From: a virus
Taxonomy: Duplodnaviria > Heunggongvirae > Uroviricota > Caudoviricetes
DNA: 44,333 bases
Direction: 5' to 3' (one strand)
Virus record (IMG/VR): IMGVR_UViG_2909246061_000002
Span: 1-44,333 of that record
The position numbers and the translations under genes were made by a program. The stretch's first letter is position 1, and every line of letters starts with the position of its first letter. Of this stretch, positions 1-8,000 are shown one piece after another. Below the pieces are notes generated by a model. The model was not told the DNA's origin, did no database searches, and was given only the letters and a program-made list of their open reading frames with translations.

Positions 1-201
1 TTACCCATTGGCGCGGCTTAAGAGCTTATTTTTGAATTCACAATGGTCACGATATAACCATCTTGCTCGCCCGTGGATAACTTTGGCTTTTGGAAGGTCT
101 CCGGACTTAATCCGATCATAGATGAAGGTTTTACCGAAGCCAGTATCGGCCATGATGAATTTCAAATCAACCAGTGAATCAGGCTGTAGTTCGTGTTGCA
201 T
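1..201 (-). CDS. torI: AlpA/TorI-family excisionase (recombination directionality factor), 66 aa
   Basis: ATG at 201 with GGAG RBS 9 nt upstream; AlpA-like motif LVDLKFIMADTGFGKTFIYDRIKSGDLPKAKVIHGRARW; sequence matches my recollection of TorI of prophage KplE1; stop codon coincides with window start. Confidence 0.7.
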   Translation of the reverse strand: MQHELQPDSLVDLKFIMADTGFGKTFIYDRIKSGDLPKAKVIHGRARWLYRDHCEFKNKLLSRANG

Positions 202-220
202 GAGTGCTATCTCCGAATAG

Positions 221-236
221 GGAATCGAACCTGCAA
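221..236. repeat. 16-bp exact copy (GGAATCGAACCTGCAA) of the argW T-arm segment found at 43265..43280; att-core-like
   Basis: Exact 16/16 identity between 221..236 and 43265..43280; flanking bases differ on both sides. Confidence 0.5.
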
Positions 237-240
237 ATCA

Positions 241-267
241 GGTAATAAAAAACCGCCATCAGGCGGC
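241..267 (-). terminator. Rho-independent terminator closing the early-left operon
   Basis: Minus strand reads GCCGCC-TGAT-GGCGG followed by TTTTTTATT. Confidence 0.6.
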
Positions 268-426
268 TTGGTGTTCTTTCAGTTCTTCAATTCGAATATT
301 GGTTACTTCTGCATGTGCTATCTGCGCCCATATCATCCAGTGGTCATAGCAGTCATTGATGTTCTCTGCTTTGATAACTCTGTTGAATGGTTCTCCATTC
401 CATTCACCTGTGACTCGGAAGTGCAT
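259..426 (-). CDS. hypothetical small protein, 55 aa (below the ORF-track size cutoff)
   Basis: ATG at 426 with GGAG RBS 8 nt upstream; translation MHFRVTGEWNGEPFNRVIKAENINDCYDHWMIWAQIAHAEVTNIRIEELKEHQAA; stop lies inside the terminator hairpin. Confidence 0.5.
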   Translation of the reverse strand: MHFRVTGEWNGEPFNRVIKAENINDCYDHWMIWAQIAHAEVTNIRIEELKEHQAA

Positions 427-514
427 TTATCATCTCCATAAAACAAAACCCGCCGTAGCGAGTTCAGATAAAAGAAATCCCCGCGAGTGCGAGGATAGTT
501 ACTTGTTCATATTA

Positions 515-796
515 TTAATCGTCAATGTATTTTGAGCATTGTGGGCAATCATCAATCCCACAATACGATTCATATGCATCCTTTATTGCGTCGCGGGCTT
601 CAGTAAGAGTATTGAATAAGTTGCAGCTATTATCTTTTTGATATAGGTAAGTTCCTAATTTATAAGCAGAAGAAGCATCATTTCCGCTGTCTAAAATTAC
701 ATCGTTATGGATTCTGCACCTTGCAAGAACTCCTGATCCCATAAGGGTCTGCATAGCCCATTGCTCTTGATCTTCACACAAATCATGAATGCTCAT
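515..796 (-). CDS. hypothetical phage protein, 93 aa
   Basis: ORF-track frame 515..814; ATG at 796 preceded by GAGAGG RBS (the GTG at 814 would include the RBS). Confidence 0.5.
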   Translation of the reverse strand: MSIHDLCEDQEQWAMQTLMGSGVLARCRIHNDVILDSGNDASSAYKLGTYLYQKDNSCNLFNTLTEARDAIKDAYESYCGIDDCPQCSKYIDD

Positions 797-910
797 TTCA
801 ACACCTCTCTTCACGTTTCACACACGTTAAGATTAACAGTGTTTTTACATGCTTTGGAAGATTTATTTTATAAAAACTCTTTTAATACAAATAGATATAA
901 TAGTTCACTA

Positions 911-1603
911 TTATAGCTCCTTTAATCGAGGCGGTTCTGGTAGAGGCATCCAGTGGGTTACCTCTTTGAGATACAGGTCTTCGCCATCACCGTCATCCCA
1001 AGTGGGATTGCCATCATTAAACCAGTCGCCATATACGCCGACCTGAGTGTTGGGGATGTTTGGTGGGTAGTTGTTTTTAAAGTCAGCTGCTAACACATAG
1101 CATTGTCGCTCTCCCATTTCTGGCATTCGCTCACTACAGCTTATCCAACCATCCGGAGTTACCGGATAGTTGCCGGGTTCTTTAATGTGCAAGCGAGGCT
1201 CACCATCTTTTGGCTCAGGCCACTGGCGCTCCATGTTGATCTTCAATTTATCTTCCATAGCAGCGGTAATTTCAGCATCGCTGATGCCAGCACGGCGCTG
1301 TGCATCCCACAACAGAAACTGCATATCAGCCCACTCGCTAAGATCGTCTGGTTCGGCTGCGGCTTCCAGAGCCTCTTTTGAGAGGTGTTTCAGTGGACCA
1401 ATGGGGCCAACGCAGCCAAATGTGGAGTCAGACCATTTGGCATGCTCGTGGCGAACCCGCTCGCGTTCCAGTGAGGCGAGAGCGATTTTAAATGCTGTAA
1501 GCATGTGTGCTTGATCGTTATCGAGTCCGAACGGTATTTCATCCCGTGCTGACTCAATGCTGGTAATCGTGTTCTGTAACCATTCTTTGGTAAGAGTATT
1601 CAT
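911..1603 (-). CDS. phage protein with N-terminal MazG-like nucleotide pyrophosphohydrolase-like region and C-terminal DUF551-like region
   Basis: ATG at 1603 with AAGGTG RBS; N-terminal EALEAAAE and LSEWADMQFLLWDAQRRAGIS resemble MazG-type metal-binding/helical motifs; C-terminal DGWISCSERMPE resembles DUF551; assignment from recalled motifs only. Confidence 0.55.
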   Translation of the reverse strand: MNTLTKEWLQNTITSIESARDEIPFGLDNDQAHMLTAFKIALASLERERVRHEHAKWSDSTFGCVGPIGPLKHLSKEALEAAAEPDDLSEWADMQFLLWDAQRRAGISDAEITAAMEDKLKINMERQWPEPKDGEPRLHIKEPGNYPVTPDGWISCSERMPEMGERQCYVLAADFKNNYPPNIPNTQVGVYGDWFNDGNPTWDDGDGEDLYLKEVTHWMPLPEPPRLKEL

Positions 1604-1605
1604 AA

Positions 1606-1797
1606 CTATTTCACCTTAATCTCAACATTTCGCAGCTTTAGCTCTACTGGCAAGTCTGACTTTCCTGTTAATGCTAATGCGAGATTTTCAGGAGTAATGA
1701 GAGCTGTTATTGTTTTCCCCATCGCCAGACGAATAATCATTCGTATCTCGCGATCGTCACATGCTCCCGGTCGAACAATTGATATTTGTCCGTTCAT
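1606..1797 (-). CDS. hypothetical small protein, 63 aa
   Basis: Internal ATG at 1797 with strong AAGGAG RBS overlapping the stop of the upstream gene; the longer ORF-track start at 1902 would overlap that gene by about 100 nt. Confidence 0.4.
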   Translation of the reverse strand: MNGQISIVRPGACDDREIRMIIRLAMGKTITALITPENLALALTGKSDLPVELKLRNVEIKVK

Positions 1798-1798
1798 C

Positions 1799-2323
1799 TC
1801 ACTCTCCTTTGATGCGAATACCAGCGGCGGATAGCTCCTGCCCCACAAGCACGCGATAAGCATTCTGAGCGCGGACTGCTTCTGGCGACCGCCATTTCTC
1901 AACCTCTGGCAGCTTCACCTCCAGCGTCTCCATTTCAGCGATGCGCTTCTCTGTGTCATGGCACCGCTTCATCCATTCAACGCAAGATGCTGCAGCTTTA
2001 TCTGCGCCTACAGATTCAGATTCTGCCAGCTTTTCCAGTTTAAGGATTTGTTTCTCTGCGGCTTCCATCTCATCCAGCAGCGCCAAGACGGTAGCGGGGT
2101 TTGCCGTTGCGATGAATGTGGCGTCGTTATCGTTTCGCCACCGGGAGAGATTGCCGGTATCCTCATGTCGAACAGCGTCACGCTTGTTATCGGTGACAAA
2201 GACCTCAAGCACCTCATTGTCGATAAATGACACCATGGCCTGCCCATGACTATCAATCCACCAATTACCCGGCGTCGCCTTCTCCGCCGCTTCACGCAGC
2301 GCCTGATAGTCAATCTTGCTCAT
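1799..2323 (-). CDS. Ead/Ea22-like early protein
   Basis: 174-aa ORF; N-terminal region and coiled-coil C-terminus resemble Ead/Ea22 proteins of lambdoid early-left regions. Confidence 0.55.
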   Translation of the reverse strand: MSKIDYQALREAAEKATPGNWWIDSHGQAMVSFIDNEVLEVFVTDNKRDAVRHEDTGNLSRWRNDNDATFIATANPATVLALLDEMEAAEKQILKLEKLAESESVGADKAAASCVEWMKRCHDTEKRIAEMETLEVKLPEVEKWRSPEAVRAQNAYRVLVGQELSAAGIRIKGE

Positions 2324-2820
2324 TGGTTGCCTCCTTTGCGAAGCTGGTTGGCGAACAAACGTAAACTAGACGCTTCACTGCGTAGAAACTTAACGGCATA
2401 ATCAAAACCACATCGTTCTGCGTCGTCTGCTGCGTTGTCGAGGTTATCTGCGTACATCTCTACCCCCTGCGCCCGTACTTCAGCCAGGAAAGCATCGGTG
2501 GCTGGGGTGTCTGATTGCAGAGACTTTGCGCGATAGTCATTCCACCCTCTTGCATACATGGGATTAACTTGCACTCCATCTTTTACGCAATATGCCTGCC
2601 CTCCACGGTTGATAACCTTGATTTCGCCCATAGCGCCAGACTTCAGCCCCGCATTCTCCGCTGCCAGCGCCGCGCACTTGGCCTCCGCTTCAACAAATTT
2701 ACGCACCAGATATTCAGCGTTTGTTTCGTTAACCTTTAAATCACTTGGGATGCATTTACCTTTCAGAAAACCATCCATCTCAATTAGTGTCATTTGTTTC
2801 ATTTCTTCCCACTCAGCCAC
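2320..2820 (-). CDS. hypothetical early-left protein, 166 aa
   Basis: ORF with 4-nt overlap to the downstream gene (translational coupling). Confidence 0.5.
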   Translation of the reverse strand: MAEWEEMKQMTLIEMDGFLKGKCIPSDLKVNETNAEYLVRKFVEAEAKCAALAAENAGLKSGAMGEIKVINRGGQAYCVKDGVQVNPMYARGWNDYRAKSLQSDTPATDAFLAEVRAQGVEMYADNLDNAADDAERCGFDYAVKFLRSEASSLRLFANQLRKGGNQ

Positions 2821-2973
2821 ATCGCATTCAGATATTTGTTGTCATTAACAGAACCGAAACTCTTTCTCTTAAGCAATTCCTCTCTCGATGGCATTGGCTT
2901 TACGCGTTGGCGAATAATCATTTCTGCTGGAAGAATGCCGGGATTGTATGCAAGTCCTCTCATGGTAAATTCC

Positions 2974-3270
2974 TCAGTCATTACTGATAGCGCCATAGCG
3001 TGAGCGGTAATTACGCAGGCGCGGGTCGATATATTCAGGGAAGTGGGTATATGTGACTTTGCGGAATGGTCGGATTGATGTTTCGTTTATTCGGTCTTTT
3101 TCCTGTTTTTCTGCGAGTTGTATATCGCGTCGGTACTTCCGTTCTGCTTTTGTTTCTGGTGTCAGGGAAAGAAACGTGTCGAAAATGTTTTTGATATTTT
3201 CCAGCACCTCCGACTTGGAGCTACCGGAGCAGTTGTGCGGGTCATCCGCACCATACAGAGGCGCTGGCAT
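2974..3270 (-). CDS. hypothetical protein, 98 aa
   Basis: ATG at 3270 with weak AAGG RBS; sits in the operon between the recombination module and Ead-like genes. Confidence 0.4.
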   Translation of the reverse strand: MPAPLYGADDPHNCSGSSKSEVLENIKNIFDTFLSLTPETKAERKYRRDIQLAEKQEKDRINETSIRPFRKVTYTHFPEYIDPRLRNYRSRYGAISND

Positions 3271-3293
3271 AATGGGAGCCTTATTTTCAGTAA

Positions 3294-3881
3294 TCAGAAA
3301 GGAGGGTAATCGTTCTGGCTGTAACCATAATCATCTGTATGATTCTGGCTTACGTTTTTAGAGCGATTGTCTTTATCTTTGAGGCTGGCAACCATGTTGG
3401 CGATAGTTTCTGGTTGCTTGCCTTCCGCCTTTTCTTTAAGGGTTTGACCTGTTTGTGCAATAAACGGGATGCGTATTTCCATCTGGTAGCTGTCTGCGCC
3501 AGTCTTTTTGTTTGTGGTTAATACTTTCTGGAGCACTAACCCGATTTTCTTTCCATGAAATTCAGGTGCAACAAATTTACTGGCGGATACCATATGTTGC
3601 GTTAATTGTCCAATCCCGGCACACCCCATCATGGCGTGAACGACATTTGCGCCAAATTTGTTTTCCGTGCCGTCATTTTTCTGAACACAGACGCTAAGAT
3701 ATTGGATTTTACGTCCGTCGTCGGATTCGCCAGAAAACTCAATAAATTTGGCTCCTTTTTCTGATTGCTTTAGTTCTGCTTCAGTAATGGTAATGATATG
3801 AGCGCCAGTTTCGTTAATAAAACCACCTTGCCCTGCGGTCAGTGCTGCTTCTTCGTTATAAGTAAAAATCACGTTGCTCAT
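3294..3881 (-). CDS. SSB-like single-strand DNA-binding protein (DUF669-like) partner of Sak4
   Basis: 195-aa ORF overlapping the Sak4 gene by 4 nt; acidic aromatic C-terminal tail (DDYGYSQNDYPPF) like SSB tails. Confidence 0.6.
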   Translation of the reverse strand: MSNVIFTYNEEAALTAGQGGFINETGAHIITITEAELKQSEKGAKFIEFSGESDDGRKIQYLSVCVQKNDGTENKFGANVVHAMMGCAGIGQLTQHMVSASKFVAPEFHGKKIGLVLQKVLTTNKKTGADSYQMEIRIPFIAQTGQTLKEKAEGKQPETIANMVASLKDKDNRSKNVSQNHTDDYGYSQNDYPPF

Positions 3882-4558
3882 GCTGCGTTTTCCTTAATTT
3901 GATGAACATTATTGATGCCGTAGTAATCACAAACAGTGGCATCGACGAAAGAGAGATCGTTATCAATCTCATTGGAGTCAAACATTCCCATTGGGGATTT
4001 AACAGTGTCTGCACCGTTGTTTTTTGTGGTGAAAAAGAACTGGTCATCACGGGTAAGGGTGCGAAGAACTATAGTAAACATGCCTTCGACAGTGATTTTC
4101 TCGTCCAGCATTTTGCCGATAGTTTTCATTTTCACGCGCCCCATAGGGGTTTCTTCGGTGTGTGCAAGAAAATAGACTCTCAGGTCATCAGGTGCATCCT
4201 GTGCAGCCTTAATCACCTCCCATGCGTGGCGGCCTATCTCAGTAAATTTATCAAACGATTTTTCTTCTGAGCGGCGCATAAACTCATTGCTCATCACATA
4301 CTGGAAGTCATCAACAATAACGATTCTTTTCCCGTATTCGTGAGCACGCTTAATTACGGCAACTATTACGTCCCATTTGTCAGTGGTAACTACGGTTCCT
4401 TTTTTTGCTCTGGCATCCCATGCCAGCCATTCTTTTGATTTAAATGGTAGCGGCTTGCCTATTGGTTTTATAAGTATTGCTTCCTCTGGATTGATATTTC
4501 TCATGCTGGTTGATTTTCCGGTGCCAGATTCACCGAGTATTAATGTCGCAGTTCCCAT
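3878..4558 (-). CDS. Sak4-like RecA-fold ATPase (single-strand annealing/recombination)
   Basis: 226 aa; Walker A GESGTGKS near N-terminus; Walker B-like IVIVDD; size and context typical of phage Sak4. Confidence 0.7.
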   Translation of the reverse strand: MGTATLILGESGTGKSTSMRNINPEEAILIKPIGKPLPFKSKEWLAWDARAKKGTVVTTDKWDVIVAVIKRAHEYGKRIVIVDDFQYVMSNEFMRRSEEKSFDKFTEIGRHAWEVIKAAQDAPDDLRVYFLAHTEETPMGRVKMKTIGKMLDEKITVEGMFTIVLRTLTRDDQFFFTTKNNGADTVKSPMGMFDSNEIDNDLSFVDATVCDYYGINNVHQIKENAA

Positions 4559-4566
4559 AATTTGCC

Positions 4567-4755
4567 TCAGAATGGTAATTCGGATGGGGAGGAAAGAAAC
4601 TCGCGCTCATTCATGCGCTCTCTTTGTGCCTGCCATAAACAAAGTTGTTTCTTTGATTTATCTCCCGCTTTACGCCAGTAACGAGCCTCAGCAATGTGAT
4701 ATTCTCTTTTTAATCGACTTAATTCTGGAGTTTTCGCCAGTTCTACCGGAATCAT
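4567..4755 (-). CDS. hypothetical small protein, 62 aa
   Basis: ATG at 4755 with GGAGG RBS; ATGA overlap with the upstream ORF stop. Confidence 0.4.
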   Translation of the reverse strand: MIPVELAKTPELSRLKREYHIAEARYWRKAGDKSKKQLCLWQAQRERMNEREFLSSPSELPF

Positions 4756-4955
4756 TTTGACCTCCATTTTCTGTAGGCTTCGATGGCCTCACGAAACATC
4801 TTTTCATCGCCAATAAAAGTGGCGATAGTGAATTTAGTCTGGATAGCCATAAGTGTTTTATCCATTTTTGGGAACTCCTGGCTGATTAAGTACGTCGATG
4901 AGTCGTTTCCATCCGTCACGTAATTTACGGGTGATTCGTTCAAGTAAAGATTCAT
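4752..4955 (-). CDS. hypothetical small protein (start uncertain; alternative ATG at 4865 with AGGAG RBS)
   Basis: ORF-track frame; stop overlaps downstream start. Confidence 0.3.
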   Translation of the reverse strand: MNLYLNESPVNYVTDGNDSSTYLISQEFPKMDKTLMAIQTKFTIATFIGDEKMFREAIEAYRKWRSK

Positions 4956-5027
4956 TTAATTGGAAGGCACCCATGCGAGCGCCTCCCGCGATTGCGTAAA
5001 TCATGGGTGGTTCCTTATGTTGGTTTA

Positions 5028-5996
5028 TTAGTAGGTTATTTTTGTTGCGAATACTTCGCCTTTTACGATGGCTGTTATGATATTTTTAGCAACATCTTCT
5101 GATGCGCCAACCTTGATAAGGTCAGCAAGTATTTTGTTATTTACTTCTTTCCGGTGAGCTTTATCCTTTGCTCTACGCTCTTCTTCGTCCTTGATTCTTT
5201 TTTCTTCTGCTATTCTGGCTTGCTCTTTTGCTTCAGCCTCGCGCCGGATTCGTTCAGCCTCCTCCTGTGCTTTTCGGCGTTCTGCTTCAATTGCCGCCTG
5301 CTTTTCTCTTTCAGCTCGTTCTGCTGCCTCTTTTGCTTCGCGCAGTGCTCGTTGCTCGGCTTCAATGCGTTCACGCTCTGCACGTTCCGCTGCGGCCTTA
5401 GCTTCTGCTTCTCGCCTTGCTGCTGCTTCAATTTCGGCTTTTGCCTTTGCTTCGGCTTCTGCTCTGGCTTTCTCTTCAGCTTCTCTTTTTAAGCGTTCTT
5501 CATGCTCTCGCTTTTCCTGCTCCGCTTTGAGTCTTGCCTCTTCTCTTTGGCGGTCAAATTCGCGATCCATCAAAATCGCTATTTCATGGTCAGACTCAAT
5601 TTGCTTTGCGAGAGCTTCAGCTGCTGCCTTAGCTTCTTCTTCGGCTTTAATCCGCGCCTGTTCTTCCTCATAATCAGTAAGAGGCTGGCGCGCCTTGGCT
5701 TTCAGTTCATCAAGGCGATCACGCACTGTCTTGCGGTTGGCATCAATTAGCTTTGGAATTTCCTTCAGTTCAGCAACAAGGTCTTTGCCAAGACCATCGA
5801 GATATGTTTTCGTCTGCGCAACTTTATACGCCAGAGAAGCGATCTCCTTTCTGCCCTTTGCCGTTGTGATATCAGGCACAAATGACATAACTTCACGTTC
5901 AACCTTTTGAAGGATTTCTTCAATCTGGTCGGCAGACTGAAATACAGTCATTGCATTTGCTTTTTCAATAACAACTAAATCTGTTACTTCACTCAT
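5028..5996 (-). CDS. coiled-coil E/A/K/R-rich phage protein (DUF1351-like), 322 aa
   Basis: ATG at 5996 with GGAGG RBS (the ORF-track start at 6050 is upstream of the RBS); long charged helical repeats; sits beside the Sak4 module. Confidence 0.6.
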   Translation of the reverse strand: MSEVTDLVVIEKANAMTVFQSADQIEEILQKVEREVMSFVPDITTAKGRKEIASLAYKVAQTKTYLDGLGKDLVAELKEIPKLIDANRKTVRDRLDELKAKARQPLTDYEEEQARIKAEEEAKAAAEALAKQIESDHEIAILMDREFDRQREEARLKAEQEKREHEERLKREAEEKARAEAEAKAKAEIEAAARREAEAKAAAERAERERIEAEQRALREAKEAAERAEREKQAAIEAERRKAQEEAERIRREAEAKEQARIAEEKRIKDEEERRAKDKAHRKEVNNKILADLIKVGASEDVAKNIITAIVKGEVFATKITY

Positions 5997-6169
5997 ATAT
6001 CCTCCGTCAAAAAAATTGCCCTCACACTGGAGGGCAAAGAAGATTTCCAATAATCAGAACAAGTCGGCTCCTGTTTAGTTACGAGCGACATTGCTCCGTG
6101 TATTCACTCGTTGGAATGAATACACAGTGCTGTGTTTATTCTGTTGTTAGTGCCAAAAATAAAGGCCGA

Positions 6170-6862
6170 CTATGCGGACTCGGAAGGAAGTCCAATCATC
6201 TTATTCAAATCTTCTACCCGTAAAGCAGGAAGTGCTGTACTTGCTTTATCTGCTTCTTTTGGTAGCAATTCTTTGCTTTCAGGCCAAACTTCAATAAGTC
6301 GCTTAACTGTTGTGACTGAGTTCAAAGCAGCCCATACATTTGATTCGATATCCTTTTTCTTGGCTTCAAGTTTTTGTTGCAATGCGCAGATTTCATCAAA
6401 CCTTTTTGTTATTTCGTGTTCTGCGTCAAACATGCATTTATCTTTGGTCGGAGTAGGGAGCAATATATCTTCGCCGTTGCCGTCTTTCCCATATGAAAGC
6501 CATCCAACCCTTCTGCCAGATACAGTCAGATAAATTGAAGTAGAACGAACATCGTATGAGTAAAATGAACATCCCATCTTTCCAAGTTCTTCACTTATAG
6601 CTACCAACTTGGATGATAACTGATCCACTTCCTCAGTTTTCTTTTTACCGCCAAACGCAATAACTCTGGCGTCAAGTGCAAGCTGGTTCTTTAACTTTGT
6701 TACTTCTTCAAGTTCAGTGAAAACCCCAGACTTAATTAAAGCGTTACGAGCGATTTCCTCTTTCATTCTCGTAGTTAAGCGGATTGATGACATATTAATT
6801 CCTCTCAAATAAGTGGCTTGCTGCCAAAACAATGAACCATCCGGAAATTCCAGATAGTTCAT
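6170..6862 (-). CDS. hypothetical early-left protein, 230 aa (alternative start 6793 with GAGAGGA RBS)
   Basis: Long ORF; ATGA overlap with upstream ORF at 6859..6862. Confidence 0.5.
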   Translation of the reverse strand: MNYLEFPDGSLFWQQATYLRGINMSSIRLTTRMKEEIARNALIKSGVFTELEEVTKLKNQLALDARVIAFGGKKKTEEVDQLSSKLVAISEELGKMGCSFYSYDVRSTSIYLTVSGRRVGWLSYGKDGNGEDILLPTPTKDKCMFDAEHEITKRFDEICALQQKLEAKKKDIESNVWAALNSVTTVKRLIEVWPESKELLPKEADKASTALPALRVEDLNKMIGLPSESA

Positions 6863-7086
6863 AATTCACTCTTCAATACTTCCAACTTACTAATCGCCGA
6901 TAGATATCCGCGCTGATAGGGCATCATCATTCCTTCGAGCTTGCCACTTCTTAACTCCTTCCTGAGCAATTGTATTGCTTGATCAATAACCTCTGCCTTA
7001 GCGTCCTTTATGGCTTGCTTGCGGGGCTTTGCTTTCTGCTTTGGCAGATTTCTCAAGCATGATGGAATGTATGTCTGATTCACCAC
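6859..7086 (-). CDS. hypothetical basic small protein
   Basis: ORF begins with GTG immediately after the N-like gene stop; weak RBS. Confidence 0.35.
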   Translation of the reverse strand: MVNQTYIPSCLRNLPKQKAKPRKQAIKDAKAEVIDQAIQLLRKELRSGKLEGMMMPYQRGYLSAISKLEVLKSEL

Positions 7087-7359
7087 TTACCTGGCTGTCA
7101 GTTGTTTTGATTTCCGGTATCCTGCCGCGTAAATGGCTACGTTCGGAAGACAAGTTGAACCTTCATATTTTCTGGTCAACGTTGTCAGAGTTATCACTTC
7201 TGCTCTCATTGCTGGTTTGCGCTTGCATTGCAAGACCACTCGTGAAGGGGTTGGCCTGTGTAGCTTGTCAGAGCTGATCGCCTCCTGACTTTGCAGATTT
7301 GCACGACGAGCTCTACGGCGAGAAGCTGCGGTTCCTTTAAATTCTGTTTTTCTGGACAT
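7087..7359 (-). CDS. N-like transcription antiterminator (arginine-rich motif), 90 aa
   Basis: ATG at 7359 with GGGAGG RBS; N-terminal RRRARRA arginine-rich motif; C-terminal YAAGYRKSKQLTAR resembles what I recall of P22 gp24; directly downstream of a boxA/boxB nut site. Confidence 0.7.
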   Translation of the reverse strand: MSRKTEFKGTAASRRRARRANLQSQEAISSDKLHRPTPSRVVLQCKRKPAMRAEVITLTTLTRKYEGSTCLPNVAIYAAGYRKSKQLTAR

Positions 7360-7457
7360 AGATTCCTCCCGAATAAACTTTGGCGATGCAATCTCGAAGC
7401 CCCTCCTGAGACGGTTGCTTCGGCATTGCATCCCACAGCTTATGTGGTTGGGTGATC

Positions 7458-7503
7458 TGGCTTTTCAGCCACGTAGTCGAGTGTTCGACGTTGTTTAAAG
7501 AGC
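7458..7503 (-). promoter_or_regulatory. nutL-like site (boxA GCTCTTTAAACAA, boxB TGGCTGAAAAGCCA)
   Basis: boxA-like sequence and GAAAA-loop hairpin on the minus strand upstream of the N-like gene; boxB nearly identical to the nutR hairpin. Confidence 0.55.
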
Positions 7504-7539
7504 CTGCCAGTCTGTTCCGTTTGGCTTACAGCGTCCTGC

Positions 7540-7640
7540 TGATGAGTTAACTTTATCGAAATGATAAATTAATGGCAATAGCAAAATGATAAATTGTTTT
7601 GGTTTTCAAATATCCTGTTGATTATTATGGTTTTTTATTT
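7540..7640. promoter_or_regulatory. putative pL/OL region with repeated TGATAAAT operator half-sites
   Basis: Two copies of AATGATAAATT in an AT-rich stretch upstream of nutL; same motif recurs in the cI-cro intergenic region. Confidence 0.4.
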
Positions 7641-7814
7641 GATTGCAGGAATTTATCAGAAGGAATAAAGAGACTTGAGGGGGATCAGAATTGCGCGTTT
7701 TAGTGAGTTGTATCTGTTTATTTTTCAACAAATACAATTGGTTATGGTGTTATTAGGTGTGGGGATCGTGAGGCAAAGAAAACCCGGCACTGAGGCCGGG
7801 ATGTGAGGAATTAA

Positions 7815-8000
7815 TTACAGAGCAAAGAGATCACGCATTAGGTTGCTGTTCATCTGGTGGTTGAATTGATACGGCTCCAGTTCTTTTTTGATCTCGTTCA
7901 GGTGCTGTTCCGCTTTTCTTGCCAGATTGCGACTTTCTTGGATCTGGCTTTCCAACATTTTGTTGAGAATTTCCATCTCCGGTTGCAGATTCTTCGGCAT
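7815..8000 (-). CDS. small helical protein, 61 aa, overlapping the 3' end of the protease-like gene in another frame
   Basis: ATG at 8000 with AAGAGG RBS 9 nt upstream; protein-like helical sequence; frame opens only 42 nt upstream. Confidence 0.5.
   Translation of the reverse strand: MPKNLQPEMEILNKMLESQIQESRNLARKAEQHLNEIKKELEPYQFNHQMNSNLMRDLFAL

Noticed and set aside
193-441. Plus-strand 82-aa ORF spanning the att-like repeat and terminator
   Set aside because: It is antisense to a better-supported minus-strand small gene with an RBS and a terminator; composition is not protein-like.
5200-5560. Short periodic DNA repeats that could suggest a CRISPR or tandem-repeat array
   Set aside because: They are in-frame codon repeats encoding EAKA-type coiled-coil sequence, with no spacer-repeat architecture.
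5154-5910. Several plus-strand ORFs (Cys/Phe/Ser-rich) and a minus-strand 73-aa ORF inside the coiled-coil gene
   Set aside because: They are alternate-frame artefacts of the GCT/GAA/GCG-rich codon repeats of the 5028..5996 gene, with low-complexity translations.
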